NCBI GenBank assembly: GCA_054661495.1
Contig: BAAFSQ010000051.1
Location: forward strand, 20,521 to 52,520
Reading direction: 5' to 3'
DNA length: 32,000 bases
Origin: Zygophlyctis sp. KS116
Lineage: Eukaryota; Fungi; Chytridiomycota
Shown here: in pieces, positions 1-14,892 of the stretch
Layout: the number at the start of each line of letters is the position of its first letter
How positions within the stretch are numbered: position 1 is the stretch's first letter
Notes under the pieces: model-generated
What the model saw: only the letters and a program-made list of their open reading frames with translations
Database searches by the model: none
Told to the model about the DNA's origin: nothing
Program-made: the position numbers and the translations under genes

Positions 1-717
1 ATATAGATTACCTTCTGCAGTCATAACTCCATCAACCCCAGTAGAATCCATGCATGCTTTAATATCTTTAAAATAAAGAATATTTCCATTTGCAAAAACT
101 GGAATTGAAACTGATTCCTTGATTCTTTTAATTTGTTCCCAATCCGCCAATCCAGAATTATGACCTCGTTGTTCCCTTGTTCTACCATGAACAGTTAAAA
201 GCTGACAACCTGAAGCTTCCAACATCTGAGCATATCTGATTGATTTTTCAACATCAGGAAATACTCTGATCTTACAAGTGACTGGAACACTTAATTCCTC
301 ATGTAAAATCTTGACTATTGAAGAAATTAAATCCCATTCATCTTGTAAATAAGCACCATAATGTCCTCTTTTAGCAATATGCTGAGGACATCCAAGATTA
401 ATATCCACTGCATCCACTTTATTTTGAATCATTTTAGCAGCCTCTAGTAAAACCAATGGATTATGTCCAGCAAACTGAGCAATCAGCGGTCTATCTTCTG
501 ATCCACTTATGAAATTCTCTCGTCTATATTTTTCATTTTCGACAAATGCTCTAGCAGACAACATCGGAGTATAACATAAATGAGCTCCATATCTATTAGA
601 TAAGATCCTCCATGCCCATTCTGATTGATCAACCATTGGAGCAACAATATATTTTGGAGCCTTTAAGATCTGATTGTAAAAATCATAACCATTTAATTTC
701 CCAGTACCAACAGTCAT
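1..717 (-). CDS. DUS1: tRNA-dihydrouridine(16/17) synthase; 3' end runs off the window
   Basis: Manual translation from ATG 717: [14 protein letters not shown]...[12 protein letters not shown]...YTPM...DRPLIAQF...[21 protein letters not shown]...TCKIR...TVHGRT...ANGNI. These are Dus1 motifs. Absent from the ORF track because there is no stop in the window. Confidence 0.95.
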   Translation of the reverse strand, partial: MTVGTGKLNGYDFYNQILKAPKYIVAPMVDQSEWAWRILSNRYGAHLCYTPMLSARAFVENEKYRRENFISGSEDRPLIAQFAGHNPLVLLEAAKMIQNKVDAVDINLGCPQHIAKRGHYGAYLQDEWDLISSIVKILHEELSVPVTCKIRVFPDVEKSIRYAQMLEASGCQLLTVHGRTREQRGHNSGLADWEQIKRIKESVSIPVFANGNILYFKDIKACMDSTGVDGVMTAEGNLY

Positions 718-831
718 CAGAAGATCTGCAACAGTTTTGATCGACACAGGTGTCAGTGTTAGGCTCTGCGCATTTAATTTTTGCTTGATTCTTGTCGTAC
801 GTAGTTAACTAAAAATTAAATATATTTCTTG

Positions 832-1499
<668 letters not shown>

Positions 1500-1583
1500 T
1501 TTCTAAAATGTATGTCTGACTTATCGTTAAGTTGACGGTGGAAATCTTAGGTTTCAGTTAAGCAAATGAGAATAAATTTTACT

Positions 1584-4500
1584 CTAATTGTTTTCTTTCA
1601 ATGCAAACACTAGATCTTTTTCGCTGATTATATCATGGCTCTTGGGGTTTGTATAAACATATGAATTGTTTTCAGATCCATGTCTATACAATCCTAGTAT
1701 GATATATCCCTGATCTATGCAATAATTGTATAAATCACCATATTCACGTCCAATCATTACTGATGGGATCACAAGTTGTACGATTTCAGAGCAGAGTCTA
1801 GTAATAACATCTATAATAAAAGGTCGGAAATATGATTGACATAGAAGTGAGTGCATTATTGAGGATACTGAAATCATTCCTGCTGAGAAATGTTTATCGA
1901 AATGATATGCAGGAAATGATGATAAGCCTGATTCATTCAGCTCGGCTTGCTCTAATAGATTTGAAACATACTGGGCAGAGATGGACACGTCTGTATTAGG
2001 TCGAGATGCCAATTTTGTTTTAAATATCTTTTTATCTTCAGTTGGACTATCAGTTTCAGATTCTAAAAGTGGTTGAAAGGAAGGTGATGATTTGGAATTT
2101 GATGGTTCTCCAAGTAAAAATCTAGCGATTTGAAGCATTATTGGAACTTCAGAAGAACATTCCATTCTAACAGACAAGTATTTAGATGGTCTTTCTTGAG
2201 AACTGATTTCATAATTGTTTAGAATTGATTGCATTCGTAAATTGGATGTATTCCATTCATAGTCCTTGTTAGAGAATAATCGAGTATAAGATCCATCATT
2301 TAATTCAACAAGAAAAGGAATTGTTGGATAATTCTTTTTCAATAATTTCACAGTAAGGACAGATTTACTTTCAGATTCAACTGAATTCTCCATGGATTTG
2401 TCTGAAAATATAATGACTCTTTTGCAACTTTTAACATATGCAAGAGAATGCGATACTAATTCATGTGAGTTCCCCTGTACAAAGTAAACGGCTTTTAGAT
2501 CAAGAACTTTTTCAAAATCTGGGTCTTGAGAGGTAGAAATTGAATCCAATATGCATACAATCGGTGTCATACTATGAGCGTTTTCAGAGGCATGTCTTGG
2601 ATCGATTTGGCTATTCCGAATACATGATGCAAACGAATATATTTGATCCAAAGATTTAGTATTACATAAAACAATATGTGACTTTAAATCAGCAGGGACA
2701 TAAGTATACTTTCCATATATGTCATCAGCCTGGACTGGATCATTTAAGCCGTTTGAAATACCAGTTTCTGGATCTTCAGCTGATGGGACAAGTGCATTCG
2801 AATTTGCTGGCTGAGAATATTTTGATAGATTAGCGCTCCAATCTGGCCTTTTGTTATAGGAATAGTTTAGCATGGAAAAGATGATGTCGCTTGATTCTGA
2901 AATAACAAGCGCAATATCTGTTTCCTTCAATTTATAGTTATCTCCCGGGTTTAATGAAATAGTTAAATTATTAAAGCCAGCCATCGTAGACATAACCCCG
3001 AAAATACATGCACCGTAATCAGCATATAATATTTTAGCAGCGACAGAAAATGAAATCCCAACCAGACCATGAGGAATACGGAACGATTCAATCTGATTAG
3101 CAGCGCCAAACTGGTACTCTTTTATCCAATCCTCATGATGAGTATCCAGTGAGGAATCTTGATATGAATTTACAAGATTCATCAAAAGAGGTATTATTCC
3201 AGGCACAAGACTACTCCTCGCCATCAGCGACAATGAAAGATCTTCATAGCATAAAATACGGTCAGCGCCGCTACATTTGGCGATTTCAGCAGCCGATTTC
3301 TCTCTTATTTGAATAAAAATAGGTAGTCCTGGCTCCATATTCTTAATTTTTAGACTTTGCATCATGATGCTAGAATCAAGCTTTTGGGTTTCTTCTGAAT
3401 TTTGAGTAGCCCCGATATTAAACAAAAATAAACCAGTAGCCTTATTTAATTTGAGTCTTTTTGAATTTATGGTATTTGATACGTCTGCTCTCAAATAAAA
3501 GATACGGTTTCTATAAAATGGATGATTCAGCAACCTTTTAACTTCCATAGTTGGCTCTTCAGTATGAGCAATTACAATATGTCCATTGGGATCAGACACA
3601 TAATATTCTCTACAAAAATCGACAATAGTATTGTAATTAAAATACCCGGACAAAATTACATGAGAATGAATATTAGTCCAGCCATACGAAGCTCTTTGAA
3701 AATGACTCATTGAATTGAAAAGTTCTGCTATTCTGCTTGTTTGCATTGGAATATAAATAATGACTATTATAAATAATATTGATTTATACCTAAAATGATC
3801 AGCATCATTACTACTACTCTACTTACGGTCGAAGTCGGCGTTAAATCTCCAAACCCAATTGTACTAGAGTTAAGAACTTGAAATGACTTACCTAAACGTG
3901 ACCATGATATAGTATAAACTATCATGCCAATTTAGAAGAGAAGGAGCGCCTCCAGTATGGACTAGTGATTCCGTCGCATTGATAATACTTGCAGATAGAA
4001 ACATAAAATTGAATAAATTTAAAGCGAAAAGAGTCAATTCCCTAGTATCTTCATTTTGCCAGAAGCTAAGCAATTTATAAGTCCTATTTATACGAGTTGC
4101 CTTAAAAATTCTAATCATTCCTATAAACCAAACATATTGACCAGGAACATTTGAAACAACAATAAATGGAGTTACAATTGATAAAAGATCTATAAACGAC
4201 TGCCAAGTAAAATAAACGGATAAAGCATCTTCAGCAGTGTATAATGAGAGTATGAAATCTACCAAAAAAATCCCTTTCAGTTAATATTGATACAATGTCC
4301 GGAAATAAATATAATATTTCCTAGAGAGAATAATTACCTGCATAAGCTAAGTCAATAGTTTTCACTAGTCTTCGCTGATTCCTTTCTTCCCTATGAGCTA
4401 AATACGTTAGCGTGACATAGTTAATAATTGAAAGAATTGTGACTAAAACTTGGAATACCATCCATATTCTACCAAATCTAGTCATTGTTAAATACTCTCT

Positions 4501-4842
4501 GACTGCTCTTGGTGATAAATATGCCTTATAAAACTTGTATATTCTCCTGCTCCTACTAGAATAGCCTGTGGTAGGCACATCTTGAATCTCAAAAGTCTCC
4601 ATATGAGCAGTCTTTTTGACCTTTTTCTTCTTTCTTTTAAATCCCAATTCGACCCATGGATCCACTTCTTTTCCAGAGTTCTTCTTGAATGTCGAACGAT
4701 AAGCCCATTTAGTCAATCGAAATAGAATGATTAATGCTGGAACAATAACGAATGGTGTAAATAGAACTATTAGAGATTGCGTCAAATCCCCATCAAATGG
4801 TCCATCTTCAATGTCCGGAATTGATGTATCATTGGAATTCAT
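1584..4842 (-). CDS. Slo/BK-family large-conductance K+ channel (S0-S6 plus two RCK domains), 4 exons
   Basis: Introns 4274-4337, 3864-3891 and 3764-3789 join the three ORFs. Pore reads WHDSLYYIMVTFSTIGFGDLTP; S4 reads GMIRIFKATRINR; RCK motifs HVILSG, SLMARSSLVPGIIPLLMNL, FSAGMISVSSIMHSLLCQSYF. First ATG is at 4842. Confidence 0.9.
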
Positions 4843-4896
4843 CTGATTATCGTTTAACAAATATCCCGATCTAGTGACTTAGGAAATTTCCATCTG

Positions 4897-5572
4897 ATGA
4901 ATAAACCAGCTCCACCGTCCAGGACTGGACTTAAGAATGTTCATGTAGTACAGGCCAATTGCTCTTATCAAGCACAGACTTCAGAAGAGTTGTCATTTGA
5001 AGACGGTGATACCATTCTTGTCTTACAAATGGCTGATCAGTTTTGGTACTATTATATGAAATAAATCCAAAGGAAATGTAGAATCGGACAAAAAGAGGGG
5101 AATATACCTGCAAGCTTATTAAGTCAAGAAGCAACTGTTGAGAATGCATTACATGATGCTTGTAAACGAGGTAATATTGGGTTAATTACAGAATTGTTGG
5201 AACAAGGAGCATCTGTGAATGGTATTGCTGCATAATTATTTATCATTAGGATTGGATAAAGTTGGGAATACGCCTCTGCATTGGGCTGCTCGTTCCAAAC
5301 ATGTAGAAGCAGTCCAGATTCTTTTGGCAAAATCGCCACTAATAAATGCTCAAAATAAAATGGGTGACACACCTGTACATTCTGCTTGTTGGGGTGGATC
5401 TTTGGATATTGTAAAGATGATGGTAGGAGTTTCTGGAATCAAATTACATTTAAGAAACAAAAACAATCAAGTGCCACTTGATTTAGCCAAGAATGATGAA
5501 ATTGCTGCATTCCTGATTCAATATACAGGTCAAAAGACAAATGTCCAAGACTTGGAAGGGGATGATGATTAA
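4897..5572 (+). CDS. OSTF1: Osteoclast-stimulating factor 1-like SH3 + ankyrin protein, 3 exons
   Basis: MNKPAPP...YQAQTSEELSFEDGDTI...FWKC...EGNIP (SH3), then ENALHDACKRGN...VNGLDKVGNTPLHWA...QNKMGDTPVHSA and an acidic tail. Introns 5046-5072 and 5222-5249. Confidence 0.9.
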
Positions 5573-5630
5573 AAAGATAAAATATAATATTCTCAAATGC
5601 TGATTTATTTTTCTAAAGAATCAATCATGC

Positions 5631-7708
<2,078 letters not shown>

Positions 7709-7827
7709 TGATAAAAGTCGGTTAAATAAACAAACAAAAACAATGTGCGCCTCTAGTGGTGGCGTGGTGACATCAATGACTTGTCATTCTTGTGTGGGAA
7801 AGATTCTTTTTGCTAGACTTACTATTG

Positions 7828-10060
7828 ATGGAAGGTAAAACACCGAAAGCATCTCCAAGGTATATATTCAAGTACGTTTATTTTAGATGGTTTCATGCAA
7901 CTGATGTTCCAAAATCGGACGGAACTCCATACAAATTTAAAAGCCCAAGGTCTCAAACGAAAACTCTTCCCAGTAGTTGGTATTACCTATTTATATTCAT
8001 ATTAGGAAGTCTTTTAGTGATAAGGATAATGATTCTATTGAGGCTGCATTCCAGCTGAAGAAGGCAGTGAAGCTTCCAGTTGGTCCTGATAAATTGTTTG
8101 AGGCGGATATAGCTCAAAGAGAATATTATCCAGGTACTTCAAAGTTATAATTTTTAGTATACTGGAGTGGGCCAGTCTTTGAAATTCGAAGATCATCATG
8201 GTTTATAAAAGCATCGACCGATTTCCAGCCTTGCGATGAAAATCTTTCTCGACAGCTTGAGGATGGTTATAGAAAGTTTACACCATGGAAAGGTGTTGAT
8301 TTGGCAGCACAAAAGCGTTGGGCTCTCTTTGGTCCTTACATGAATCAATTGGTTCTATACGCGAATGCGAGCGAGGCTTGGTTGCAGACTGATGGAGTTT
8401 CAGGAAAATTGGCTAGAGCAGTCAATCTGGTAATTATCATTTGAATTGGTTTTCTTATATATAGTCCGGTACAAGACTTATACGAGGCTGGGATGAAGTG
8501 ATTTCATTTGAAGAAAAAAAGGGCAGAAGGGAGAGTATATCTACGCAAGGCTCTTTAAAAGATGTCAACGAAAACGCTTCTACATCTCCTACAGGTGGAG
8601 CTTCCAAGGCAGAATCCGAAATTGAGGATGATTCAGAAGATAGACCTATAGATCACTTGGTGTTTGTAATTCATGGGTAGAAATAGCTTTTGATAATCAA
8701 TAGAATCGGACAAAAACTCGGAGAGAGAATTGAATCTGTAAATATAGTTAATGGTAATTATATGAAATTGATTTTTAGACTGTTCAATCTTGCGTCAAAC
8801 TCTTAAGTCTTCATCAAAAAAAATTAATAAACTTCAAGAGCATACTAGTGGCATTCCAGAAGGCGGCGGGATTCAGGTTTTACCGATAATGTGGAGGCAA
8901 ATCGAAGAACTGAATGTAAATGTAAAGCATGAATACACTCCAAAGTCATTGAATCACGAAAAATCTGTCAAACTTGAAGACATAACTTTGGAGACCGTGC
9001 CTTCTATCAGAACGCTAGTGTCTGATGTAGTATTGGATGGTATATTTGTTTATTTGTTTCTTAATTTTTAGTTTTGCTCTATATGACTCCCAAATACCGC
9101 CAAGAAATGCTTAGTCATATAACCAACGAATGTATTTTTAAACAACTTACATATAGTGAATCGTATATACAAGCTCTACAAGGAAAGGAATCCAAACTTT
9201 CATGGCAAAGCTTCAGTATACGGACATTCATTAGGATCAGTGCTCGCATTGGATATTCTCAGTCACCAGAAAAATATAAAACATCCCATTGAAAAGCAGA
9301 TCCCAGAAGTGGACTTGAGTGATTTACTCATAAATGGCTCCTTGCCAAATTTAAGTGGAATGATGAATAGGACAGAAATTCTCTATAAAAAGTTAGATTT
9401 TGAAGTTGAGCACTTTTTCGGTAAAAAATTTATATCATCTCATCAAAAGCCGTTGGATCTCCGATAGGACTTTTTCTTTTGCTTCAAGGCAGCAAGCTAA
9501 ATTTCGATTCTGATTATAAGGCAGCTCAGGAAGAAACAATCACACGCCCATTAGTAAAACATATGTACAATATCTTTCATCCAAATGATCCAGTTGCATT
9601 CCGTATCGAGCCGCTTTTTGATCCTAGATATAAAGGTATTCCGGCATATCCTATTCAGTATACAAAAGGCGGAATAACACAAACATTAGCAGGAATTTCT
9701 ACTTTGAAAAATAAGGTTGTGGAAAAAACTCAAAACATAATGACTGGTCTTGTCAATTCTACTACTGATATGGTATTTAGTGCCGCGATATCCTCATGGT
9801 TTCATGGTCCTACATCCCCAAAAGATTTCGAAATTCAGCGGGCCCCTTCGCTAGAATCTCCAGCGACATCTATTCCAGTTGATTGGCAGCCTGATGTTTT
9901 TAATCCAAACTTCAGATTAGATTTCATGTTACATGGGGATATTATTGATAATCCTTATTTATCAGCCTTAAGTGCTCATACTTATTGGGATGAACAAGAC
10001 ACATCTATATTCATTCTTAACCAATTGTACGATCCAAGAAATATCCAACTAAAAAAATAA
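7828..10060 (+). CDS. DDHD-domain phospholipase A1 (PA-PLA1/Ddl1-like), about 10 exons
   Basis: Nine GT-AG mini-introns join the ORFs. Motifs: YPVYWSG...RRSSWF, DHLVFVIHGIGQKL, lipase GHSLGS, FAVGSPIGLF, NIFHPNDPVAFRIEP, RLDF, AHTYW...D. Confidence 0.92.
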
Positions 10061-10164
10061 ATAATCTAGAAAATATTTCTTACTTTGAGATACAAGTATA
10101 TCAAAAAACAGATATTATAATTTTTTTTATGCCAATATGTAAAAGTATGTTTTTTCCGTGTTCA

Positions 10165-10238
10165 GCTTTGTTAGCTCAGCTGGTTAGAGCGTTCGACTGT
10201 TAATCGAGAGGTCAGAAGTTCAATCCTTCTACGAAGCG
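10165..10238 (+). tRNA. tRNA-Asn (GTT), intronless
   Basis: Acceptor GCTTTGT/ACGAAGC, D-arm GCTC..GAGC, anticodon arm TTCGA-CTGTTAA-TCGAG, T-arm AGAAG-TTCAATC-CTTCT, G discriminator, followed by T-runs (Pol III terminator). Confidence 0.95.
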
Positions 10239-10279
10239 TTTCTTTTACATTTTTTATTTTCGTTTTCGGGAAATTTGTA

Positions 10280-11189
10280 ATGAAAGTAGATGATATTCTA
10301 GAGACTGGAACAACTCTAAAGAGATCGAAAGAAGAGTCTCGAGAAAATTTTATTATAAGAATTAATCATATTTCTCTTACTCTGAAGAAAATCGAATCTA
10401 TGAATGGAATTCAGTTTTGTAAAAATCTAAAAATCCTTGATCTCAGCGAAAACAAAATTTCCAATATTTCCCATTTAAAAGACTGCAAGATGCTTACAAG
10501 CCTTTATTTACAAAATAACTGCATTCAAGAGATCAGTGGACTAGATGATTTACCTTTAAAAGTCCTAAATTTAAGTTGTAACTCTATATCTCACGTGTCC
10601 GGACTAGACAATTTAAAAGATTTAGAAATTTTAACCTTGGATCAGCAAAATATTACAAACCCAATGACATTTGATCCTTATAGCCTTGAAGCTCTTCAAT
10701 CTCTTAAATATTTATCATTGATTCAATGTCAATTGATTAATATTGAAACTTTATCATTACTACAAGATTTACGTAATCTAAATCTCGTAAACAATAACAT
10801 TGACTCTATAAATCAATTAGAATTTGTAGTTTCCTCTTGCAAGAAACTGAAAGATCTTAAAGTAACATTAAACCCTATTTCTTCAAATATTAGATTATTT
10901 GAAAGACTTGCCGTTTCTAATGAATCTTTAGAAACGATCAATGATCGAAAAATTACTCAAAATTCTAGAATTTTTATGAAAAATAAGATGAAGATTAAGA
11001 AATCTAAAAAAACTCTAGTTCACTCAATGGTCAAGACTGGTCGAACCTCACCCAAGCCACTACCACATCTACCACCGTATGCAACACAGTACCGGTAATT
11101 GAAATATCATTAATAATAGAGATCTATTGATATCGCACTTGGGACAATCTTCCCAAGATTCAGCATCTGCATCTGCAGCAGAAAAATAA
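10280..11189 (+). CDS. PPP1R42: SDS22-type LRR protein, PPP1R42/LRRC67-like (centrosome/cilium-associated)
   Basis: LKRSKEES...INHISL...CKNLKILDLSENKI...LTSLYLQNNCI...FDPYSL...NP resembles PPP1R42. A probable terminal 25-nt intron near 11095-11119 extends the CDS to TAA 11187-11189; without it the stop is at 11098. Confidence 0.72.
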
Positions 11190-11206
11190 AAATAAAAAAT
11201 AAAAAA

Positions 11207-11971
11207 ATGAAACGTGTAATTTCTTCCATTTCTAGTCTTGTCAATGGCATTAGCGGATATGATCAAGTTCTTTCAAAGAAATTGCTTGTCTCTGAAAAAG
11301 ATTTAATTCTAAAAAACTGCAAGGCAAACTTGAAAGCATCAAAACTAAATTATACAAATCATTTTGAAGATCGACTTAAAACTCAAAAAGAAATTCATTC
11401 CCTTTTACAGCGACAGTCTTCATGGTCATCGACAGATCTTGTACATTTTACTAATCTCTATAAAAAAGATTTAGATCTGGATCAATCATTATCTAAATTA
11501 AAGTTGGATCTGGATTCTGCCTCTGAGAATTTCGATTTAGCTCATTCAGACTATTTAAATGAATTAAGGGAGCGGTATGCTACTGAATGTTTAGTATCAG
11601 ATAAAGTCAAATCAATCTCAAATCTATTCACGATTGGTTTACTTACTTTTCATATTTCATTATTTCTACTGGTTCAATTCTATCTTGAGCCTAGGAAGAA
11701 AGAAGATCTCATAAATCAATTAAGAGAGTCTTTAAAAACTGAAATTCCTGTAAAGGATAATGTCAATACAAGAGAAAATAGTACATTGACAGATGACATA
11801 TTTCAAGAGTCAATCAATGATTACTTTAAAAGGATTATCAAGACTTGGTCTATGAATTTTATGGATTTTATTTCGAGATGGTTGGCATATGTAAGAGGGA
11901 AATTGGATAAAGTTTGGAGTGATGGATTTAAAAGATATTTTATTAGTGTAGAGAATGGAAGACCAGTGTAA
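11207..11971 (+). CDS. SHE9: Mitochondrial inner-membrane protein She9/Mdm33
   Basis: N.ISGY, QKEIHSLLQRQSSWSSTDL.HFT.LY..D, ERY...SDK, and a TM segment ending VQFYLEPRKK are She9/Mdm33 hallmarks. Confidence 0.88.
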   Translation: MKRVISSISSLVNGISGYDQVLSKKLLVSEKDLILKNCKANLKASKLNYTNHFEDRLKTQKEIHSLLQRQSSWSSTDLVHFTNLYKKDLDLDQSLSKLKLDLDSASENFDLAHSDYLNELRERYATECLVSDKVKSISNLFTIGLLTFHISLFLLVQFYLEPRKKEDLINQLRESLKTEIPVKDNVNTRENSTLTDDIFQESINDYFKRIIKTWSMNFMDFISRWLAYVRGKLDKVWSDGFKRYFISVENGRPV

Positions 11972-12004
11972 ATCATTTGTTTGGGCGTGTCTGAAAAGCT
12001 TAAA

Positions 12005-13086
12005 ATGCAAGAACAGAGCGACCAACTTGAATGGCTTCATTGCAATCGGTAAACTAATATACTTACAATAAGTTGCAAGACATCAAACCATAAACTAAAT
12101 GGGACTGATGGATTAACATTCTATATGACTTCTTGTGCACATGCAATTTGTCAAATTTGTATGACAAAATGTAATCAAAACTTGAGAAATTCTGAGTTGA
12201 TTTGTCCAAAATGCCAAAATTATGGTCCAATTGTTGTATTGTCTAATGATGAGATTCCAGCAGACGTTGAACGTCTTTTGACTCCTACTCAAATGCATTT
12301 GGAAGACATTCTAAAAATATTTCAGGTATTCATTAGTTTTAAAGGACAGTATCAAAATGGAAATACAAGGGAGTTGATCAATCATTTAAAAAAAACAAAT
12401 ATTTACAATAGAAGACGATGTTTAGATTTGGAAGAATCATTGAAAAAGGCGCAAGAGTATTTACTAAAACTAAATTTATATAGGGAATTAAATGCTATGA
12501 AACAAAAAATATCTGATATTGAAAAGGAAAATCAGTTATTAAAGTTCAAAAATACAAATGAAATGCCTCGTCCATCAAGGTAATTGTAATTTTAAAATTC
12601 AAAACAGTGCAACATCAAATAGATCTTTTAGTACTGTAAATTCTAATCCTAGATTTCAACAAAAATCTCGGTTATCAATGAATTCTCCTTTTAAGGATCA
12701 TGTCTCTGGATCGCGTCCGAGAACTGGAAATCCAGGTTTTCCATTGCGTCAACGGCCAGGAACAAGTACAGGAATGGGAGCTGAAACTGAAGAAAGAGGA
12801 ATCCCACTAAGATCTACAATGTCTTCCTTAAATACATCTTCATTCAATTCACAGAATGAGAATAGAGAAAGGCCTGCTACTGGAATTTCAAGACATTACT
12901 CTAATTTTAATCAAACTCAAGAAAATCAAAAGTATCAGTTTCGATCTGATGGACAGAATAATTCTGTATTTGATACTCCAGTAAATAAGATTAATCAGAG
13001 TATGATTTTTTAAAACTAACTCAAAAGGACCTGTGACTCACTCGTATCATCCGGCAAATCGATTTTCTAATTTTTCTAAGAAATAG
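12005..13086 (+). CDS. RNF212/Zip3-like meiotic RING protein (RING, coiled coil, S/R-rich tail), about 6 exons
   Basis: After a 24-nt intron (12049-12072) the protein reads WLHCNRC...FYMTSCAHAICQIC...CPKC, the RNF212-type RING pattern. Further introns at 12326-12349, 12457-12483, about 12580-12607 and about 12999-13027. Confidence 0.75.
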
Positions 13087-13159
13087 TCTATATTATTTTT
13101 TCTATTAATTTTATAATTTTTGTTTTTACTTTGAGATCTTGTCTGAAATGAGAATGAAG

Positions 13160-13666
13160 TTAAGAATCCAATTCAGAATCTGAGTCTGATAGATAGAGTA
13201 TCCCAACATCTATGTCAAAGTTGTAAAAGTTTTTATTAGGTGAGATATGATTGATTGACATTGAGTCCATAAAAGAAGAGTTTTCTTCTGTCGGGTGCAT
13301 TGATCTATTAAATCCTCTACCGATTAAACCACCAAATCTAGTTTTTGATGATTCCATGTCCGAAGATGTCATTGAATGATTTTTTGTCCAATCTGCTAAT
13401 TCAATTAGATATGCTGGGGGGACAATTGATCCTGAATCCACAATGGAATTTTGTTTGGATTTGATTTGAAACATGTACTCTTGGAGTTTAGAAAACGAGA
13501 CAATAAAATCTCGTGTCCCAGCCAATTCTACCAATCGCTCAAATGATTCACAGAGAGCTCGATCTATTGAAATCCCCAGATCCATGATCAATGTTGCTAA
13601 TGATTCGATCTCACGGATATCAAATACTAGCCTCTCATGTGTGAATAATTGCGGTGGCTCAATCAT
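13160..13666 (-). CDS. Hypothetical protein, 168 aa
   Basis: Intact ATG-to-TAA ORF filling the gap between RNF212-like and metaxin. No family recognised. Confidence 0.65.
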   Translation of the reverse strand: MIEPPQLFTHERLVFDIREIESLATLIMDLGISIDRALCESFERLVELAGTRDFIVSFSKLQEYMFQIKSKQNSIVDSGSIVPPAYLIELADWTKNHSMTSSDMESSKTRFGGLIGRGFNRSMHPTEENSSFMDSMSINHISPNKNFYNFDIDVGILYLSDSDSELDS

Positions 13667-13792
13667 TTATATTAGATCAGGTGCCACTTACAACGCGTGA
13701 CGTCCTAAAGATTCGGAGAGTTACATCAAAACTGAATCGCATACTCTGTATCAATGTTTTTTTTTTGAAAAATAATATAAAATCCTTAAAGA

Positions 13793-14810
13793 CTAATCTT
13801 CATCACTATCTTCATCCAAAAATCCAATATTTTGAACATAAATTCCAAAAAACGAAATCGCTCCTACTACAGAAAGCCACGTATAAAACTGATTAACTCT
13901 TTCCTCTGGTGTCTGAAGTGAAAAATACTCTTTAATATTTGATATTATTCTTCTTGGCATACCCATCACATCTTCCCAAAATAATCTAGAATTTGATAAA
14001 CGAGAAGGCGTCCTTTCAATTTCTTGTGAAAAGTAAAGATCCTTGATTCTATTTAAATATCTTACTAATCTAGGAGATTCAAATGTCATCATTGTAAAAA
14101 GTTTTGGATTTGAAATATTTGGAATACAATGTAATATCAAGTATCCAAATGCAATTGCATCCAAACTAGTAGGAGAAGATCCAAAAAGAAAATCTTTATC
14201 TCCTAAAAGCGTATCAAATGCTTTATAAGCTGATCTAGCATAAGAGTAGATTTCACTACTATTTTCACTTGAATACACTTGATATTTAGCAAGTCTATTT
14301 CTAGCATTATTTGCCATTGCAGCAGGAACTGAATATCTTGCAAGAAAAGATAAAGAGTTGATCAAAACACCTCTAGTAGAGTTTTCATAATTCTCAGATT
14401 CAAAAAACCAGTTATTTAGTAGAGCATCCTGGCAAGTATTTTGAAGCAGCGATGCAAATCTAAAATTAAACATTAAATCTTACGCAGTTGAAGCTGCAAT
14501 TTGCTCATCATTTAGATTTGAATCCAAGTCTACATCAGATTTCAAGAAATTTAAAATATTCTTGCATCCAGAGATTGGAGTATTAGAAATCTTTATAAAC
14601 GGAAGAGTTCCATGAGGAGCAAGTTTGGGATTTGTGCATTCTGTTACAATAAATGAACGATCAATCATTCTCATAAAAGTCTAAACTTTATTCTTACTCC
14701 AGTCTTACCATGACTGCTAGACATTCAGGATCAAATGATGGCAATAAAAGTCCAGGTCCCCATGCAACAATTTCAATCGGTTGCTGTCTATTATCAACTA
14801 AAACTTGCAT
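13793..14810 (-). CDS. Metaxin-1/Sam37-like mitochondrial SAM component (GST-like fold, C-terminal TM), 3 exons
   Basis: ATG 14810: WGPGLLLPSFDPECLAV, NPKLAPHGTLPFI, LGDKDFLFGSSPTSLDAIAFGYL. Introns 14681-14708 and about 14460-14483. Confidence 0.88.
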
Positions 14811-14892
14811 TGAAATTCCTTGATCCTCAACCACTCCTTGACAGTACTTTAGAAGAATCGTTTATTATGTTCATAAATGAACTACTATTTAA

